The notes under the pieces were generated by a model, which was given only the letters and a program-made list of their open reading frames with translations, made no database searches and was not told where the DNA came from. From Octopus vulgaris (Eukaryota), in assembly GCA_951406725.2 (NCBI GenBank), contig OX597814.1, forward strand, positions 19,654,001-19,718,000: 64,000 bases of DNA, read 5' to 3'. How positions within the stretch are numbered: position 1 is the stretch's first letter; each line of letters starts with the position of its first letter. Positions 28,671 through 44,600 of the stretch are shown here, in pieces. The position numbers and the translations under genes are program-made.

Positions 28671-28778
28671 ATGTATATATATATATATATACATATATAC
28701 ACACATATATATATATATACATATATACACATATATATTACTCTTTTTCTCTCTCTCTCTTTCCATATATATATATAG

Positions 28779-28888
<110 letters not shown>

Positions 28889-28955
28889 CGTGTATTTGTG
28901 TGTGTGACGATACAGAGATGTTACCGAATGAGATAGATAGATGGAAGGCAGCGAC

Positions 28956-30394
28956 CTGCAGAAACGGCCAAAATGATCAGAACGGTTGCTTTTACTCCGT
29001 GTTTTAGTATATTTAACCGGTGAACTCTAATGTTTTGAATTTGTTTACGTGACGGTTCGCTTACTAAACATTAGGAAGAATATTTGCAGTGTACTTTGTT
29101 AATATAATGCCACTTACTCCGTCACCAATTCGTCAGCAGATTATTAAGCTTCGAAGGGGGGATAATTTAAGTATTGGATCTATTGCAAAGATTGTTAACA
29201 AGTCAAAAAGTGTTGTACAAGGTATTCTTAAGGTCTACGATGATTATGGTTCGTGTGAAGCAAGAAAGTTTACAGGTAGGCCAAGAAAAACGACATAGAG
29301 AGAAGATCTTCCTATAGTAAAGTTGGTTAAAAAGGACAGATTTAAAACTGCTGCTGCTGTTTCTCGGTAAATGAGCATTGTATTGAAGAAAACCTTATCT
29401 CGAAAAACTGTGTCTTGTTGTTTAGTTGAACATGACCTACAAGCAAGAGCACCTGCAGTGAAGCCACTGATCAGCTCCAAGAATAAAAAATGTCGTCTTA
29501 CCTTTGCAACCGAACATGTGTTGTGGTCTCAAGAAAAATGGCAAACGGTGCATTTCAGTGATGAATCTAAGTTTATTTTATTTGGCTCAGATGGGAAAAG
29601 GTACGTTCGTAGAACAGTAGGTGAAAAATTGTTGCCTAAATGCCTTAAGATTAGTGTTAAATTCAGTGGAGGAAGTGTCATGGTTTGGGGGATGATATCT
29701 GGAGATGGTGTGGGCCCTTTGGTGCGATTACATGGAAAGTTAAATGCAGGAGTTTATAAACAACTTGTAAAAGATCATGTCTTGCCTGTGCTGAGAAATT
29801 CAACTAAGCGACCACCCATATTCATGCAGGACAATGCCCCATGTCACAAGGCTAAGGTGGTCATGAACTTCCTCGAGGCTGAAAAGGTTATTGTTATGGA
29901 TTGGCCAGCTCAAAGCCCAGATCTCAATCCTATTGAAAATGTGTAGAATATTCTAGGAGAACGTTCGAAAGCCAGAAATCCTAAAACAACTGAGCAATTA
30001 TGGAATGCCCTTCAGGAAGAATGGAATAAGATCACCCAGCAAGAAATTGAAAATTTAATTTCCTCATGCAGTCGAAGATGTCAGAGTGTGATTGAAGCTA
30101 AAGGGCTTCACACTAAATATTAAATAATTCCAGTATTCTCTGTCATTTTTTATTATTTTGTTATTTTTTCAACCGTTCTGATCATTTTGGCCGCCATGGG
30201 TTTTGCAGTAAATCAGTAAATCATCCATAACTTTTGTATTATCCTGTCAAATTACACCAAAATCTCAGACAATAACAATTCATATCGTATTTATTGTCTG
30301 TGAAAGTTATAGAATATAAAACAACTTTGATAAAAACTTATACTTACTTTTCTGACGAAAACAATGCCGTTCTGAACATTTTGGCCGCAACTGT
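28956..30394 (+). mobile_element. Tc1-family DNA transposon with IR/DR-type ends, left end truncated
   Basis: CGGCCAAAATG(A/T)TCAGAACGG occurs once at left (28965) and twice inverted at right (~30170, ~30367); ends CAACTG|TA. Confidence 0.88.
29107..30123 (+). pseudogene. Tc1 DD34E transposase with three in-frame stops
   Basis: GRPRKTT, FSDESKF, GGSVMVWG, FMQDNAPCH, WPAQSPDLNPIE (34 residues between D and E), GLHTKY*; stops at 29296, 29368 and 29944, no frameshift. Confidence 0.93.
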
Positions 30395-30489
30395 ATTTAT
30401 ATATAAGGATAAGATCGTTATTTAAAATACCGATCATATCAAGTAGCTAGCATGGGAATAAAAGCCTCATAGGTAATAATTATTATTAA

Positions 30490-30655
30490 AAAATTGTAAT
30501 TAAGGGTATCTAAAAGATACCACCATGCTAGATATAGCACCCAAAACCTGACTCTAAAACCACGTTAAATGTTCATTTAATGTGGTTTTAGAGTCAAGCT
30601 TTGGCTGCTACATCTAGCATGGTGGCATCTTTTAGATACCCTCAATTATAATTTT
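30490..30655. repeat. 166-bp imperfect palindrome with 2-nt loop
   Basis: AAAATTGTAATTAAGGGTATCTAAAAG...GTTAAATG-TT-CATTTAATG...CTTTTAGATACCCTCAATTATAATTTT. Confidence 0.9.
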
Positions 30656-30662
30656 ATATATA

Positions 30663-31386
30663 TCTCCTTTATATATAAAAGTAAAGTTGTGTGTCTGTCT
30701 CCTACGATTTAGATTCCTAACTACTCCCACATTTTGCGGTGCAGTGTAACCAAAAGCGGGTATCTTATAGTCGTGATTTATATCAAGCCCTTCTACGATG
30801 AGTCAACGATTTAAAAAAAAATTACAATCATTTTTCCCCATTTTTAATGCATTTTTGGCTATTATATAAGGGAAGTAACTCTCTAAAAATGTATTATTAA
30901 ATCTCAGAACGTAAAAAGCTACAGTAACACCCCACTTTGTGGTTAGCCATATTGAGATGGCTATTATACTTTACATCTCTAAAAATGCTTATATAGTTAT
31001 TTCCCTTACAAACCCGAGCAACGCCGGGCGATACTGCTAGTTCAAGTTGTGTGTCTGTCTCCTACGATTTAGTTTAACCAAAACCGGGTATCTTATAGTC
31101 GTGATTCATATCGAGCCCTTCTGGGTATTAGCGCGCGTCTACAATGAGTCGATTTTTTTTTTAAAATTACCATCATTTGTTTCCATTTTAATGCATTTTT
31201 TCGATATTATATAAGGGAAGTAACTCTCTAAAAATGTCTACGATGAGTCAACGATTTAAAAAAAAATTTACCATCATTTTTTCCATTTTTAATGCATTTT
31301 TTGCTATTTTTTGGCTATAACTCTCTAAAAATGCTTATATAGTAATTTTCCTTACAAACCTGAGCAACGCCGGGCGATACTGCTAG
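30663..31386 (+). mobile_element. Head-to-tail dimer of a non-autonomous Helitron
   Basis: A|TC start; hairpin plus CTAG ends at 31040 and 31386; same family as 56183-56579. Confidence 0.85.
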
Positions 31387-31403
31387 TATATATATATATA
31401 CAT

Positions 31404-31481
<78 letters not shown>

Positions 31482-31654
31482 ATATATATATGTATGTATA
31501 TGTATATGTGTATACATATACCTTTGTGTGTGTATATGCATACATATGTGTATATGTATATATACGTATACATATAAGTACATATATGTACATATATATA
31601 TATACATATATACACACACACACATATATATATATATAAATATATATATATATT

Positions 31655-31686
<32 letters not shown>

Positions 31687-32517
31687 CATACATACATACA
31701 CAAACACATGTTTGTGTGTTTGTCACTATACGTGTAAGTATATACACATAGATACACACATATACGAAGTGCATACGTACGTAAATACATACATACGTAT
31801 GCATGTATACTGTCGTAATTGCATGTCAAGATCTGTATGTCTGCATTTATCTAAGCGTGCGTGCGTTCATGCATGTTTGTGTATATGCATAAGTGTGTAC
31901 GTGTGACCGTGTGCGTATTATGTGCAGCGGTTCTTTGTAATATATATTCGTGTGTGTACGTCGACGTTAGAAACTTGCAATTTGTAACACTAGCCGAATC
32001 GCACGGACAAGCCTGCTGCTTAGGGTCGTTGGGCGAATGGTAAGGGGCGTGTGTAGTGTTGATCATTTCAGCTGAAGAGGAAACATAAATTACTATAAAA
32101 TGATATAAGCGCTGAGGTCATAAATCAAGGTTCACCTCTCTTCACTTAAAGATACCAAGATCAAATCCGGCAAGTGAGATAGGTGAGTTTTTCAGCTTAA
32201 GGTAGGGTATCGGGGGAAGTCTAGGGTCTAGCGGGGGTCGGCTGATTCGAGATTACTGGTGTGCTTACTAGGTTTGGGTTGGTTTATGGGGGTTTCCTTT
32301 GAGGGTTTGAGGCACTTTGGTGGGTGTGGAAGGTAAAAAGAAAGATTTAGGTTCGGTGCGTACTTCTTCCACCTCCGGTTTTATTCTTATTTTTATTATT
32401 TTTTTGGCGGGGTGGGGTGCGCCGATGTCGACACGAACATGTATATCACATTTTTTTTTTTTTTGTATTTTTGGAGTCATTTGACACCTTTGTTTTACCT
32501 GCTATCAGTGCCACTTC

Positions 32518-32652
32518 CATCATCACCATCATCATCATCATCACCCTCAACATCATCATCGTCATTATCATCATTATCATCATCATTATCATCACCATCA
32601 TCATCATCATCATCACCATCATCATCATCACCATCATCATCATCACCTCCAC

Positions 32653-32724
<72 letters not shown>

Positions 32725-32790
32725 CACCACCACCACCACCACCACACAAACAGCAACAACAACAACAACAACAGCAGCAGCAGCAGCAGC
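32518..32790. repeat. (ATC)n/(ACC)n/(AAC)n/(AGC)n trinucleotide tract
   Basis: Direct reading. Confidence 0.9.
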
Positions 32791-33699
32791 ATTATCAACA
32801 TTAACGGTGACACACCACTGTGGTTTGCAGTTTCATTATCTTTCTCGACCACGACTCTTGCTGTCCCTAATGTTGCCAAACGCCATCAACGTCACCAGCC
32901 ATCCGCCCGACCACCACCTAGTGCCATGTCGCCGCCTCCGCCCTCAGCTGCGCCGTTCTAAGTGTGACACCGCCATGGTTGTTGCTGATAGCGTCACAAA
33001 CATTACTACCACTAGCACAACTTGTATCAGAGCCACTACCGTATCAACCACGACAACCATCACAACCACTACCTGCACCACCACTATCACAACCACAACA
33101 ACAACCACTACTACTATAACTACCACACAACTACTGCCATTGCTACACTCAGCTACCACAACTATCGCCATAATTACCACCAACACCACCACAACCGTTA
33201 CTTCTAACACCATCACAACAACCACTGCTACCACCAACCACCACTACCATCACAACCACTACCACCATTACCATCACCACCGCTATCACCATACCACCAC
33301 TACCATCACAACCTCTACCACCATAACCACTATCACCACAACCACTGCCAGCAATACCATCACAACCGATACCACCATACCACCACTACTATCATAACCA
33401 CTACGACCACTACCATGACAACCACTATCACCACAATTCCTGCCACCAGTACCGCCACTACTGTCACAACCACTTCCACCAAAACCACTATCACCACAAC
33501 CACTACCACAAATGCCATCACAACCACTGCCACCAGTACCTCCACTACTATCATAACCATTACCAGCACAACTACTATCACCACAACCACTGCTACCAAT
33601 ACCATCACAAAACTACCACCACTACCGGCACAGCCACTACCACCACAACCACTATCACCACAATTACTGCCACCAACACCACCACTACTATCACAACCA

Positions 33700-36600
33700 C
33701 TACCACACAGCCACTACTATCACAATCACTACCACCATAACAACTATCACCACAACCGCTACCATCACGACCACCACAACCACTATCACCGGAACCATTG
33801 CCACCAATACCGTCACAGCCATTACCACCACAACCACTATCAACACAATTACTGCCACCAACACCACCACTACTATCACAACCACTACCATCACAGCCAC
33901 TACCATCACAACCACTACCACCATAACAGCTATCACCACAACCGCTACCATCACAACCACTATCACCAGAACCATTGTCACCAATACCATCACAGCCACT
34001 ACCATCACAACCACTACCACCATAACAGCTATCACCACAACCGCTACCATCACAACCACTATCACCAGAACCATTGTCACCAATACCATCACAGCCATTA
34101 CCACCACAACCACTATCAACACAATTACTGCCACCAACACCACCACTACTATCACAACCACTACCATCACAGCCACTACCATCACAACCACTACCACCAT
34201 AACAGCTATCACCACAACCGCTACCATCACAACCACTATCACCAGAACCATTGTCACCAATACCATCACAGCCACTACCATCACAACCACTACCACCATA
34301 ACAGCTATCACCACAACCGCTACCATCACAACCACTATCACCAGAACCATTGTCACCAATACCATCACAGCCATTACCACCACAACCACTATCAACACAA
34401 TTACTGCCACCAACACCACCACTACTATCACAACCACTACCATCACAACCACTACCATCACAACCACTACCACCATAACAGCTATCACCACAACCGCTAC
34501 CATCACAACCACTATCACCAGAACCATTGTCACCAATACCATCACAGCCACTACCATCACAACCACTACCACCATAACAACTATCACCACAACCGCTACC
34601 ATCACGACCACCACAACCACTATCACCAGAACCATTGTCACCAATACCATCACAGCCATTACCACCACAACCACTATCAACACAATTACTGCCACCAACA
34701 CCACCACTACTATCACAACCACTACCATCACAGCCACTACCACCACAACCACTATCACCATAACAGCTATCACCACAACCGCTACCATCACAACCACTAT
34801 CACCAGAACCATTGTCACCAATACCATCACAGCCACTACCATCACAACCACTACCACCATAACAGCTATCACCACAACCGCTACCATCACAACCACTATC
34901 ACCAGAACCATTGTCACCAATACCATCACAGCCATTACCATCACAACCACTATCAACACAATTACTGCCACCAACCACCACCACTACCATCACAACCACT
35001 ACCATCACACCACTACCATCACAACCACTACCACCATAACCACTATCACCACAACCGCTACCATCACAACCACTACCATCACATACCACTACCATCACAA
35101 CCACTACCACCATAACAACTATCACCACAACCGCTACCATCACGACCACCACAACCACTATCACCAGAACCATTGTCACCAATACCATCACAGCCACTAC
35201 CATCACAACCACTACCACCATAACAGCTATCACCACAACCGCTACCATCACAACCACTATCACCAGAACCATTGTCACCAGAACCATTACCACCACAACC
35301 ACTATCAACACAATTATCACAACCACTACTATCACAACCACTACCATCACAACCACTACCACCATAACAGCTATCACCACAACCGCTACCATCACAACCA
35401 CTATCACCAGAACCATTGTCACCAATACCATCACAGCCACTACCATCACAACCACTACCACCATAACAACTATCACCACAACCGCTACCATCACAACCAC
35501 TATCACCAGAACCATTGCCACCAATACCATCACAGCCATTACCACCACAACCACTATCAACACAATTACTGCCACCAACACCACCACTACAAACAAAACC
35601 ACTACCATCACAACCACTACCATCACAACCACTACCACCATAACAGCTATCACCACAACCGCTACCATCACAACCACTATCACCAGAACCATTGCCACCA
35701 ATACCATCACAGCCATTACCACCACAACCACTACCACCATAACAGCTATCACCACAACCGCTACCATCACAACCACTATCACCAGAACCATTGTCACCAT
35801 TACCACCACAACCACTATCAACACAATTACTGCCACCAACACCACCACTACTATCACAACCACTACCATCACAACCACTACCATCACAACCACTACCACC
35901 ATAACAGCTATCACCACAACCGCTACCATCACAACCACTATCACCAGAACCATTGTCACCAATACCATCACAGCCATTACCACCACAACCACTATCAACA
36001 CAATTACTGCCACCAACACCACCACTACTATCACAACCACTACCATCACAGCCACTACCATCACAACCACTACCACCATAACAGCTATCACCACAACCGC
36101 TACCATCACAACCACTATCACCAGAACCATTGCCACCAATACCATCACAGCCACTACCATCACAACCACTACCACCATAACAACTATCACCACAACCGCT
36201 ACCATCACAACCACTATCACCAGAACCATTGTCACCAATACCATCACAGCCACTACCATCACAACCACTACCACCATAACAGCTATCACCACAACCGCTA
36301 CCATCACAACCACTATCACCAGAACCATTGTTCTCAATACCATCACAGCCATTACCACCACAACCACTATCAACACAATTACTGCCACCAACACCACCAC
36401 TACTATCACAACCACTACCATCACAGCCACTACCATCACAACCACTACCACCATAACAGCTATCACCACAACCGCTACCATCACAACCACTATCACCAGA
36501 ACCATTGTCACCAATACCATCACAGCCACTACCATCACAACCACTACCACCATAACAGCTATCACCACAACCGCTACCATCACAACCACTATCACCAGAA

Positions 36601-39600
36601 CCATTGTCACCAATACCATCACAGCCACTACCATCACAACCACTACCACCATAACAGCTATCACCACAACTTCTACCATCACAACCACTATCACCAGAAC
36701 CATTGCCACCAATACCATCACAGCCATTACCACCACAACCACTATCAACACAATTACTGCCACCAACACCACCACTACTATCACAACCACTACCATCACA
36801 GCCACTACCATCACAACCACTACCACCATAACAGCTATCACCACAACTTCTACCATCACAACCACTATCACCAGAACCAATGTCACCACCATCACAGCCA
36901 CTACCATCACAACCACTACCACCATAACAGCTATCACCACAACCGCTACCATCACAACCACTATCACCAGAACCATTGTCACCAATACCATCACAGCCAT
37001 TACCACCACAACCACTATCAACACAATTACTGCCACCAACACCACCACTACTATCACAACCACTACCATCACAGCCACTACCATCACAACCACTACCACC
37101 ATAACAGCTATCACCACAACCGCTACCATCACAACCACTATCACCAGAACCATTGTCACCAATACCATCACAGCCATTACCACCACAACCACTATCAACA
37201 CAATTACTGCCACCAACACCACCACTACTATCACAACCACTACCATCACAGCCACTACCATCACAACCACTACCACCATAACAGCTATCACCACAACCGC
37301 TACCATCACAACCACTATCACCAGAACCATTGTCACCAATACCATCACAGCCATTACCATCACAACCACTACCACCATAACAGCTATCACCACAACCGCT
37401 ACCATCACAACCACTATCACCAGAACCATTGTCACCAATACCATCACAGCCACTACCAACACAACCACTACCACCATAACAGCTATCACCACAACTTCTA
37501 CCATCACAACCACTATCACCAGAACCATTGCCACCAATACCATCACAGCCATTACCACCACAACCACTATCAACACAATTACTGCCACCAACACCACCAC
37601 TACTATCACAACCACTACCATCACAGCCACTACCATCACAACCACTACCACCATAAAAGCTATCACCACAACCGCTACCATCACAACCACTATCACCAGA
37701 ACCATTGTCACCAATACCATCACAGCCACTACCATCACAACCACTACCACCATAACAGCTATCACCACAACCGCTACCATCACAACCACTATCACCAGAA
37801 CCATTGCCACCAATACCATCACAGCCATTACCACCACAACCACTATCAACACAATTACTGCCACCAACACCACCACTACTATCACAACCACTACCATCAC
37901 AGCCACTACCATCACAACCACTACCACCATAACAGCTATCACCACAACCGCTACCATCACAACCACTATCACCAGAACCATTGTCACCAATACCATCACA
38001 GCCATTACCACCACAACCACTATCAACACAATTACTGCCACCAACACCACCACTACTATCACAACCACTACCATCACAGCCACTACCATCACAACCACTA
38101 CCACCATAACAGCTATCACCACAACCGCTACCATCACAACCACTATCACCAGAACCATTGTCACCAATACCATCACAGCCATTACCACCACAACCACTAT
38201 CAACACCACTACTGCCACCACACCACCACTACCATCACAGCCACTACCATCACAACCACTACCACCATAACAGCTATCACCACAACCGCTACCATCACAA
38301 CAACTATCACCAGAACCATTGCCACCAATACCTTCACAGCCATTACCACCACAACCACTATCAACACAATTACTGCCACCAACACCACCACTACTATCAC
38401 AACCACTACCATCACAGCCACTACCATCACAACCACTACCACCATAACAGCTATCACCACAACCGCTACCATCACAACCACTATCACCAGAACCATTGCC
38501 ACCAATACCATCACAGCCATTACCACCACAACCACTATCAACACAATTACTGCCACCAACACCACCACTACTATCACAACCACTACCATCACAGCCACTA
38601 CCATCACAACCACTACCACCATAACAGCTATCACCACAACCGCTACCATCACAACCACTATCACCAGAACCATTGTCACCAATACCATCACAGCCACTAC
38701 CATCACAACCACTACCACCATAACAGCTATCACCACAACCGCTACCATCACAACCACTATCACCAGAACCATTGTCACCAATACCATCACAGCCACTACC
38801 ATCACAACCACTACCACCATAACAGCTATCACCACAACCGCTACCATCACAACCACTATCACCAGAACCATTGTCACCAATACCATCACAGCCATTACCA
38901 CCACAACCACTATCACCACAATTACTGCCACCAACACCACCACTACTATCACAACCACTACCATCACAGCCACTACCATCACAACCACTACCACCATAAC
39001 AGCTATCACCACAACCGCTACCATCACAACCACTATCACCAGAACCATTGTCACCAATACCATCACAGCCACTACCATCACAACCACTACCGCCATAACA
39101 GCTATCACCACAACCGCTACCATCACAACCACTATCACCAGAACCATTGTCACCAATACCATCACAACCACTATCACCACAACCACTACCACCATAACAG
39201 CTATCACCACAACTTCTACCATCACAACCACTATCACCAGAACCATTGCCACCAATACCATCACAGCCATTACCACCACAACCACTATCACCATATCACC
39301 ATTGCTACCAACACCACCACTACTATCACAACCACTACCATCACAGCCACTACCATCACAACCACTACCACCATAACAGCTATCACCACAACCGCTACCA
39401 TCACAACCACTATCACCAGAACCATTGTCACCAATACCATCACAGCCACTACCATCACAACCACTACCACCATAACAGCTATCACCACAACCTCTACCAT
39501 CACAACCACTATCACCAGAACCATTGTCACCACATACCATCACAGCCACTACCATCACAACCACTACCACCATAACAGCTATCACCACAACCGCTACCAT

Positions 39601-42600
39601 CACAACCACTATCACCAGAACCATTGTCACCAATACCATCACAGCCATTACCACCACAACCACTAACAACACAATTACTGCCACCAACACCACCACTACT
39701 ATCACAACCACTACCATCACAGCCACTACCATCACAACCACTACCACCATAACCAGCTATCACCACAACCGCTACCATCACAACCACACACCAGAACCAT
39801 TGCCACCAATACCATCACAGCCATTACCACCACAACCACTATCAACACAATTACTGCCACCAACACCACCACTACTATCACAACCACTACCATCACAGCC
39901 ACTACCATCACAACCACTACCACCATAACAGCTATCACCACAACCGCTACCATCACAACCACTATCACCAGAACCATTGCCACCAATACCATCACAGCCA
40001 TTACCACCACAACCACTATCAACACAATTACTGCCACCAACACCACCACTACTATCACAACCACTACCATCACAGCCACTACCATCACAACCACTACCAC
40101 CATAACAGCTATCACCACAACCGCTACCATCACAACCACTATCACCAGAACCATTGCCACCAATACCATCACAGCCATTACCACCACAACCACTATCAAC
40201 ACAATTACTGCCACCAACACCACCACTACTATCACAACCACTACCATCACAGCCACTACCATCACAGCCACTACCATCACAACCACTACCACCATAACAG
40301 CTATCACCACAACCGCTACCATCACAACCACTATCACCAGAACCATTGCCACCAATACCATCACAGCCATTACCACCACAACCACTATCACACAATTACC
40401 ACCACCACCACTACTATCACAACCACTACCATCACAGCCACTACCATCACAACCACTACCACCATAACAGCTATCACCACAACCGCTACCATCACAACCA
40501 CTATCACCAGAACCATTGCCACCAATACCATCACAGCCATTACCACCACAACCACTATCAACACAATTACTGCCACCAACACCACCACTACTATCACAAC
40601 CACTACCATCACAGCCACTACCATCACAACCACTACCACCATAACAGCTATCACCACAACCGCTACCATCACAACCACTACCATCACAGCCACTACCATC
40701 ACAGCCATTACCACCACAACCACTATCAACACAATTACTGCCACCAACACCACCACTACTATCACAACCACTACCATCACAGCCACTACCATCACAACCA
40801 CTACCACCATAACAGCTATCACCACAACCGCTACCATCACAACCACTATCACCAGAACCATTGCCACCAATACCATCACAGCCATTACCACCACAACCAC
40901 TATCAACACAATTACTGCCACCAACACCACCACTACTATCACAACCACTTTCATCACAGCCACTACCATCACAACCACTACCACCATAACAGCTATCACC
41001 ACAACCGCTACCATCACAACCACTATCACCAGAACCATTGTCACCAATACCATCACAGCCACTACCATCACAACCACTACCACCATAACAGCTATCACCA
41101 CAACCGCTACCATCACAACCACTATCACCAGAACCATTGTCACCAATACCATCACAGCCACTACCATCACAACCACTACCACCATAACAGCTATCACCAC
41201 AACCGCTACCATCACAACCACTATCACCAGAACCATTGTCACCAATACCATCACAGCCACTACCATCACAACCACTACCACCATAACAGCTATCACCACA
41301 ACCGCTACCATCACAACCACTATCACCAGAACCATTGTCACCAATACCATCACAGCCATTACCACCACAACCACTATCAACACAATTACTGCCACCAACA
41401 CCACCACTACTATCACAACCACTACCATCACAGCCACTACCATCACAACCACTACCACCATAACAGCTATCACCACAACCGCTACCATCACAACCACTAT
41501 CACCAGAACCATTGTCACCAATACCATCACAGCCACTACCATCACAACCACTACCACCATAACAGCTATCACCACAACTTCTACCATCACAACCACTATC
41601 ACCAGAACCATTGTCACCAATACCATCACAGCCACTACCATCACAACCACTACCACCATAACAGCTATCACCACAACCGCTACCATCACAACCACTATCA
41701 CCAGAACCATTGTCACCAATACCATCACAGCCATTACCACCACAACCACTATCAACACAATTACTGCCACCAACACCACCACTACTATCACAACCACTAC
41801 CATCACAGCCACTACCATCACAACCACTACCACCATAACAGCTATCACCACAACCGCTACCATCACAACCACTATCACCAGAACCATTGTCACCAATACC
41901 ATCACAGCCACTACCATCACAACCACTACCACCATAACAGCTATCACCACAACTTCTACCATCACAACCACTATCACCAGAACCATTGTCACCAATACCA
42001 TCACAGCCACTACCATCACAACCACTACCACCATAACAGCTATCACCACAACCGCTACCATCACAACCACTATCACCAGAACCATTGTCACCAATACCAT
42101 CACAGCCACTACCATCACAACCACTACCACCATAACAGCTATCACCACAACCGCTACCATCACAACCACTATCACCAGAACCATTGTCACCAATACCATC
42201 ACAGCCACTACCATCACAACCACTACCACCATAACAGCTATCACCACAACCGCTACCATCACAACCACTATCACCAGAACCATTGCCACCAATACCATCA
42301 CAGCCACTACCATCACAACCACTACCACCATAACAGCTATCACCACAACTTCTACCATCACAACCACTATCACCAGAACCATTGTCACCAATACCATCAC
42401 AGCCACTACCATCACAACCACTACCACCATAACAACTATCACCACAACCGCTACCATCACGACCACCACAACCACTATCACCAGAACCATTGTCACCAAT
42501 ACCATCACAGCCATTACCACCACAACCACTATCAACACAATTACTGCCACCAACACCACCACTACTATCACAACCACTACCATCACAGCCACTACCATCA

Positions 42601-43185
42601 CAACCACTACCACCATAACAGCTATCACCACAACCGCTACCATCACAACCACTATCACCAGAACCATTGTCACCAATACCATCACAGCCACTACCATCAC
42701 AACCACTACCACCATAACAGCTATCACCACAACTTCTACCATCACAACCACTATCACCAGAACCATTGTCACCAATACCATCACAGCCACTACCACCATA
42801 ACAGCTATCACCACAACCGCTACCATCACAACCACTATCACCAGAACCATTGTCACCAATACCATCACAGCCACTACCATCACAACCACTACCACCATAA
42901 CAACTATCACCACAACCGCTACCATCACGACCACCACAACCACTATCACCAGAACCATTGTCACCAATACCATCACAGCCACTACCATCACAACCACTAT
43001 CACCACAATTACTGCCACCAACACCACCACTACTATCACAACCACTACCATCACAGCCACTACCATCACAACCACTACCACCATAACAGCTATCACCACA
43101 ACCGCTACCATCACAACCACTATCACCAGAACCATTGTCACCAATACCATCACAGCCATTACCACCACAACCACTATCACCACAA
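33700..43185. repeat. ~9.5-kb higher-order minisatellite of 99-bp and 78-bp units built from ~15-bp ACCATCACAACCACT monomers
   Basis: Unit A = 6x15+9 bp, unit B = 4x15+18 bp, arranged as AB/AAB/AAAB; degenerate precursor-like zone at 32990-33700. Confidence 0.95.
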
Positions 43186-43269
43186 GCACATACACAGCAA
43201 TTACCACCAGATCCACCGCAACAATCACCCACAATCATCGCTACTTCCACTAAAGATCAGCCAATGTGA

Positions 43270-43460
43270 GACTCTGGGACTATTGGAAATAGCAGCCAAA
43301 TCGCCCTTGAATCGCACCCTACCGTCTTCGGGAAGAACACTTTAGATAATGAGGTAATAGGCTCCTGGTGCATAGGAATAAGATGGAATTGGCAAGACTG
43401 GAATATCTTTGATACGTATGCTGGATCAGAGCTGACCTGGGGCTAAACAACACCAGCAAC
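43270..43460 (+). repeat. Dispersed repeat (GAAATAGCAGCCAAAT...GATCAGAGCTGACCTGGGGCTAAACAAC)
   Basis: Diverged relatives near 16890, 17860, 43815, 51680, 52115 and inverted at 52605. Confidence 0.55.
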
Positions 43461-43615
43461 TTTTACCATCACTGCCAACCAACTACCACCACCACCACCA
43501 CCACCACCACCACCACCACCAATACCACCACCACCACCACCACCACCACTGCTATCACTACTACTACTACTACTACTACTACTATTACCACCACCACCAC
43601 TACCACTGCTATCGT

Positions 43616-43653
<38 letters not shown>

Positions 43654-44169
43654 TTACTACTACTACTACCACCACTACCACCACTGTCACTACCGCAATA
43701 CTACTTCTAACATCACCATCACTTCCACTACTATACCCCACCGCTACATCACGATAGTTACCACTATTATATCCTCTATCGCTGAGGGTCAATACGAGAG
43801 CTTCTATAGGGTCATTCGACCTGCTAGATATAGCAACCAAAAATTCCCTCAAACCACCCCATTACTGTCTTATAAAAAAGAAGGACCCACTGTGTAATAT
43901 AATCCTATCACCACCACCACCACCATCACAACTACTTACTCTCACCCAACTACACTCTTTACAAACACTGCTACCCCAACCATCACCACCAGTACTATAC
44001 TAACTACTACTACCACCACAAACATTGCCAACAATTAATCCACTACTACGACTGCTGCTATTACTACCACCATTAACAATACCAGTACACTATCTCCCCA
44101 CACATTAATGCTACCACCAAGATCGTTACTGCATTCACCATCATCAACACCACCACCACCACCATATCG

Positions 44170-44600
44170 AATTAATGGTTTCAAATTTTGGCACAAGGCC
44201 AGCAGTCTTTGAGGGGAAAGGGGTATCGGTTACATTGATTCCATTATTGACAGGTACTTGTTTTATCGACCTCGAGAAAGCTGAAAAGCAAAGTCGACCT
44301 CGGCGAAATTTCAGCTCAGAACATATATCGATTTCGACAGAATGAAAGGCATTGTCGATCACAGTCAAATCTGAGTTCAGAACGTAAAGACTGACGAAAT
44401 GCCTCTACCGTTTCCTTTTCTGATAAAGCGTGCTAACGATTCTGCCAGCCCGCTGCCTTCGCTTGTACGATAGGTACAAGGCCTTAAATTTTTTTTTTGG
44501 GGGGGGGGTAATCGATTACATCGACCACAGTACGCAAATGATACTTAATTTATCGACACCGATAGGATGAAAGACAAAGTCGACCTCAGAGGAGTTTCAA
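44170..44600 (-). mobile_element. Cluster of family C SINE fragments
   Basis: AAAGTCGACCTCGGCGAAATTTCAGCTCAGAAC and GATGAAAGACAAAGTCGACCTC. Confidence 0.7.

Noticed and set aside
31990-32046. Possible micro-exon ending G|GTAAGG
   Set aside because: A splice-like motif alone is insufficient
33700-43185. CRISPR-like or telomeric array
   Set aside because: No unique spacers, no cas genes, no TTAGGG; eukaryotic minisatellite
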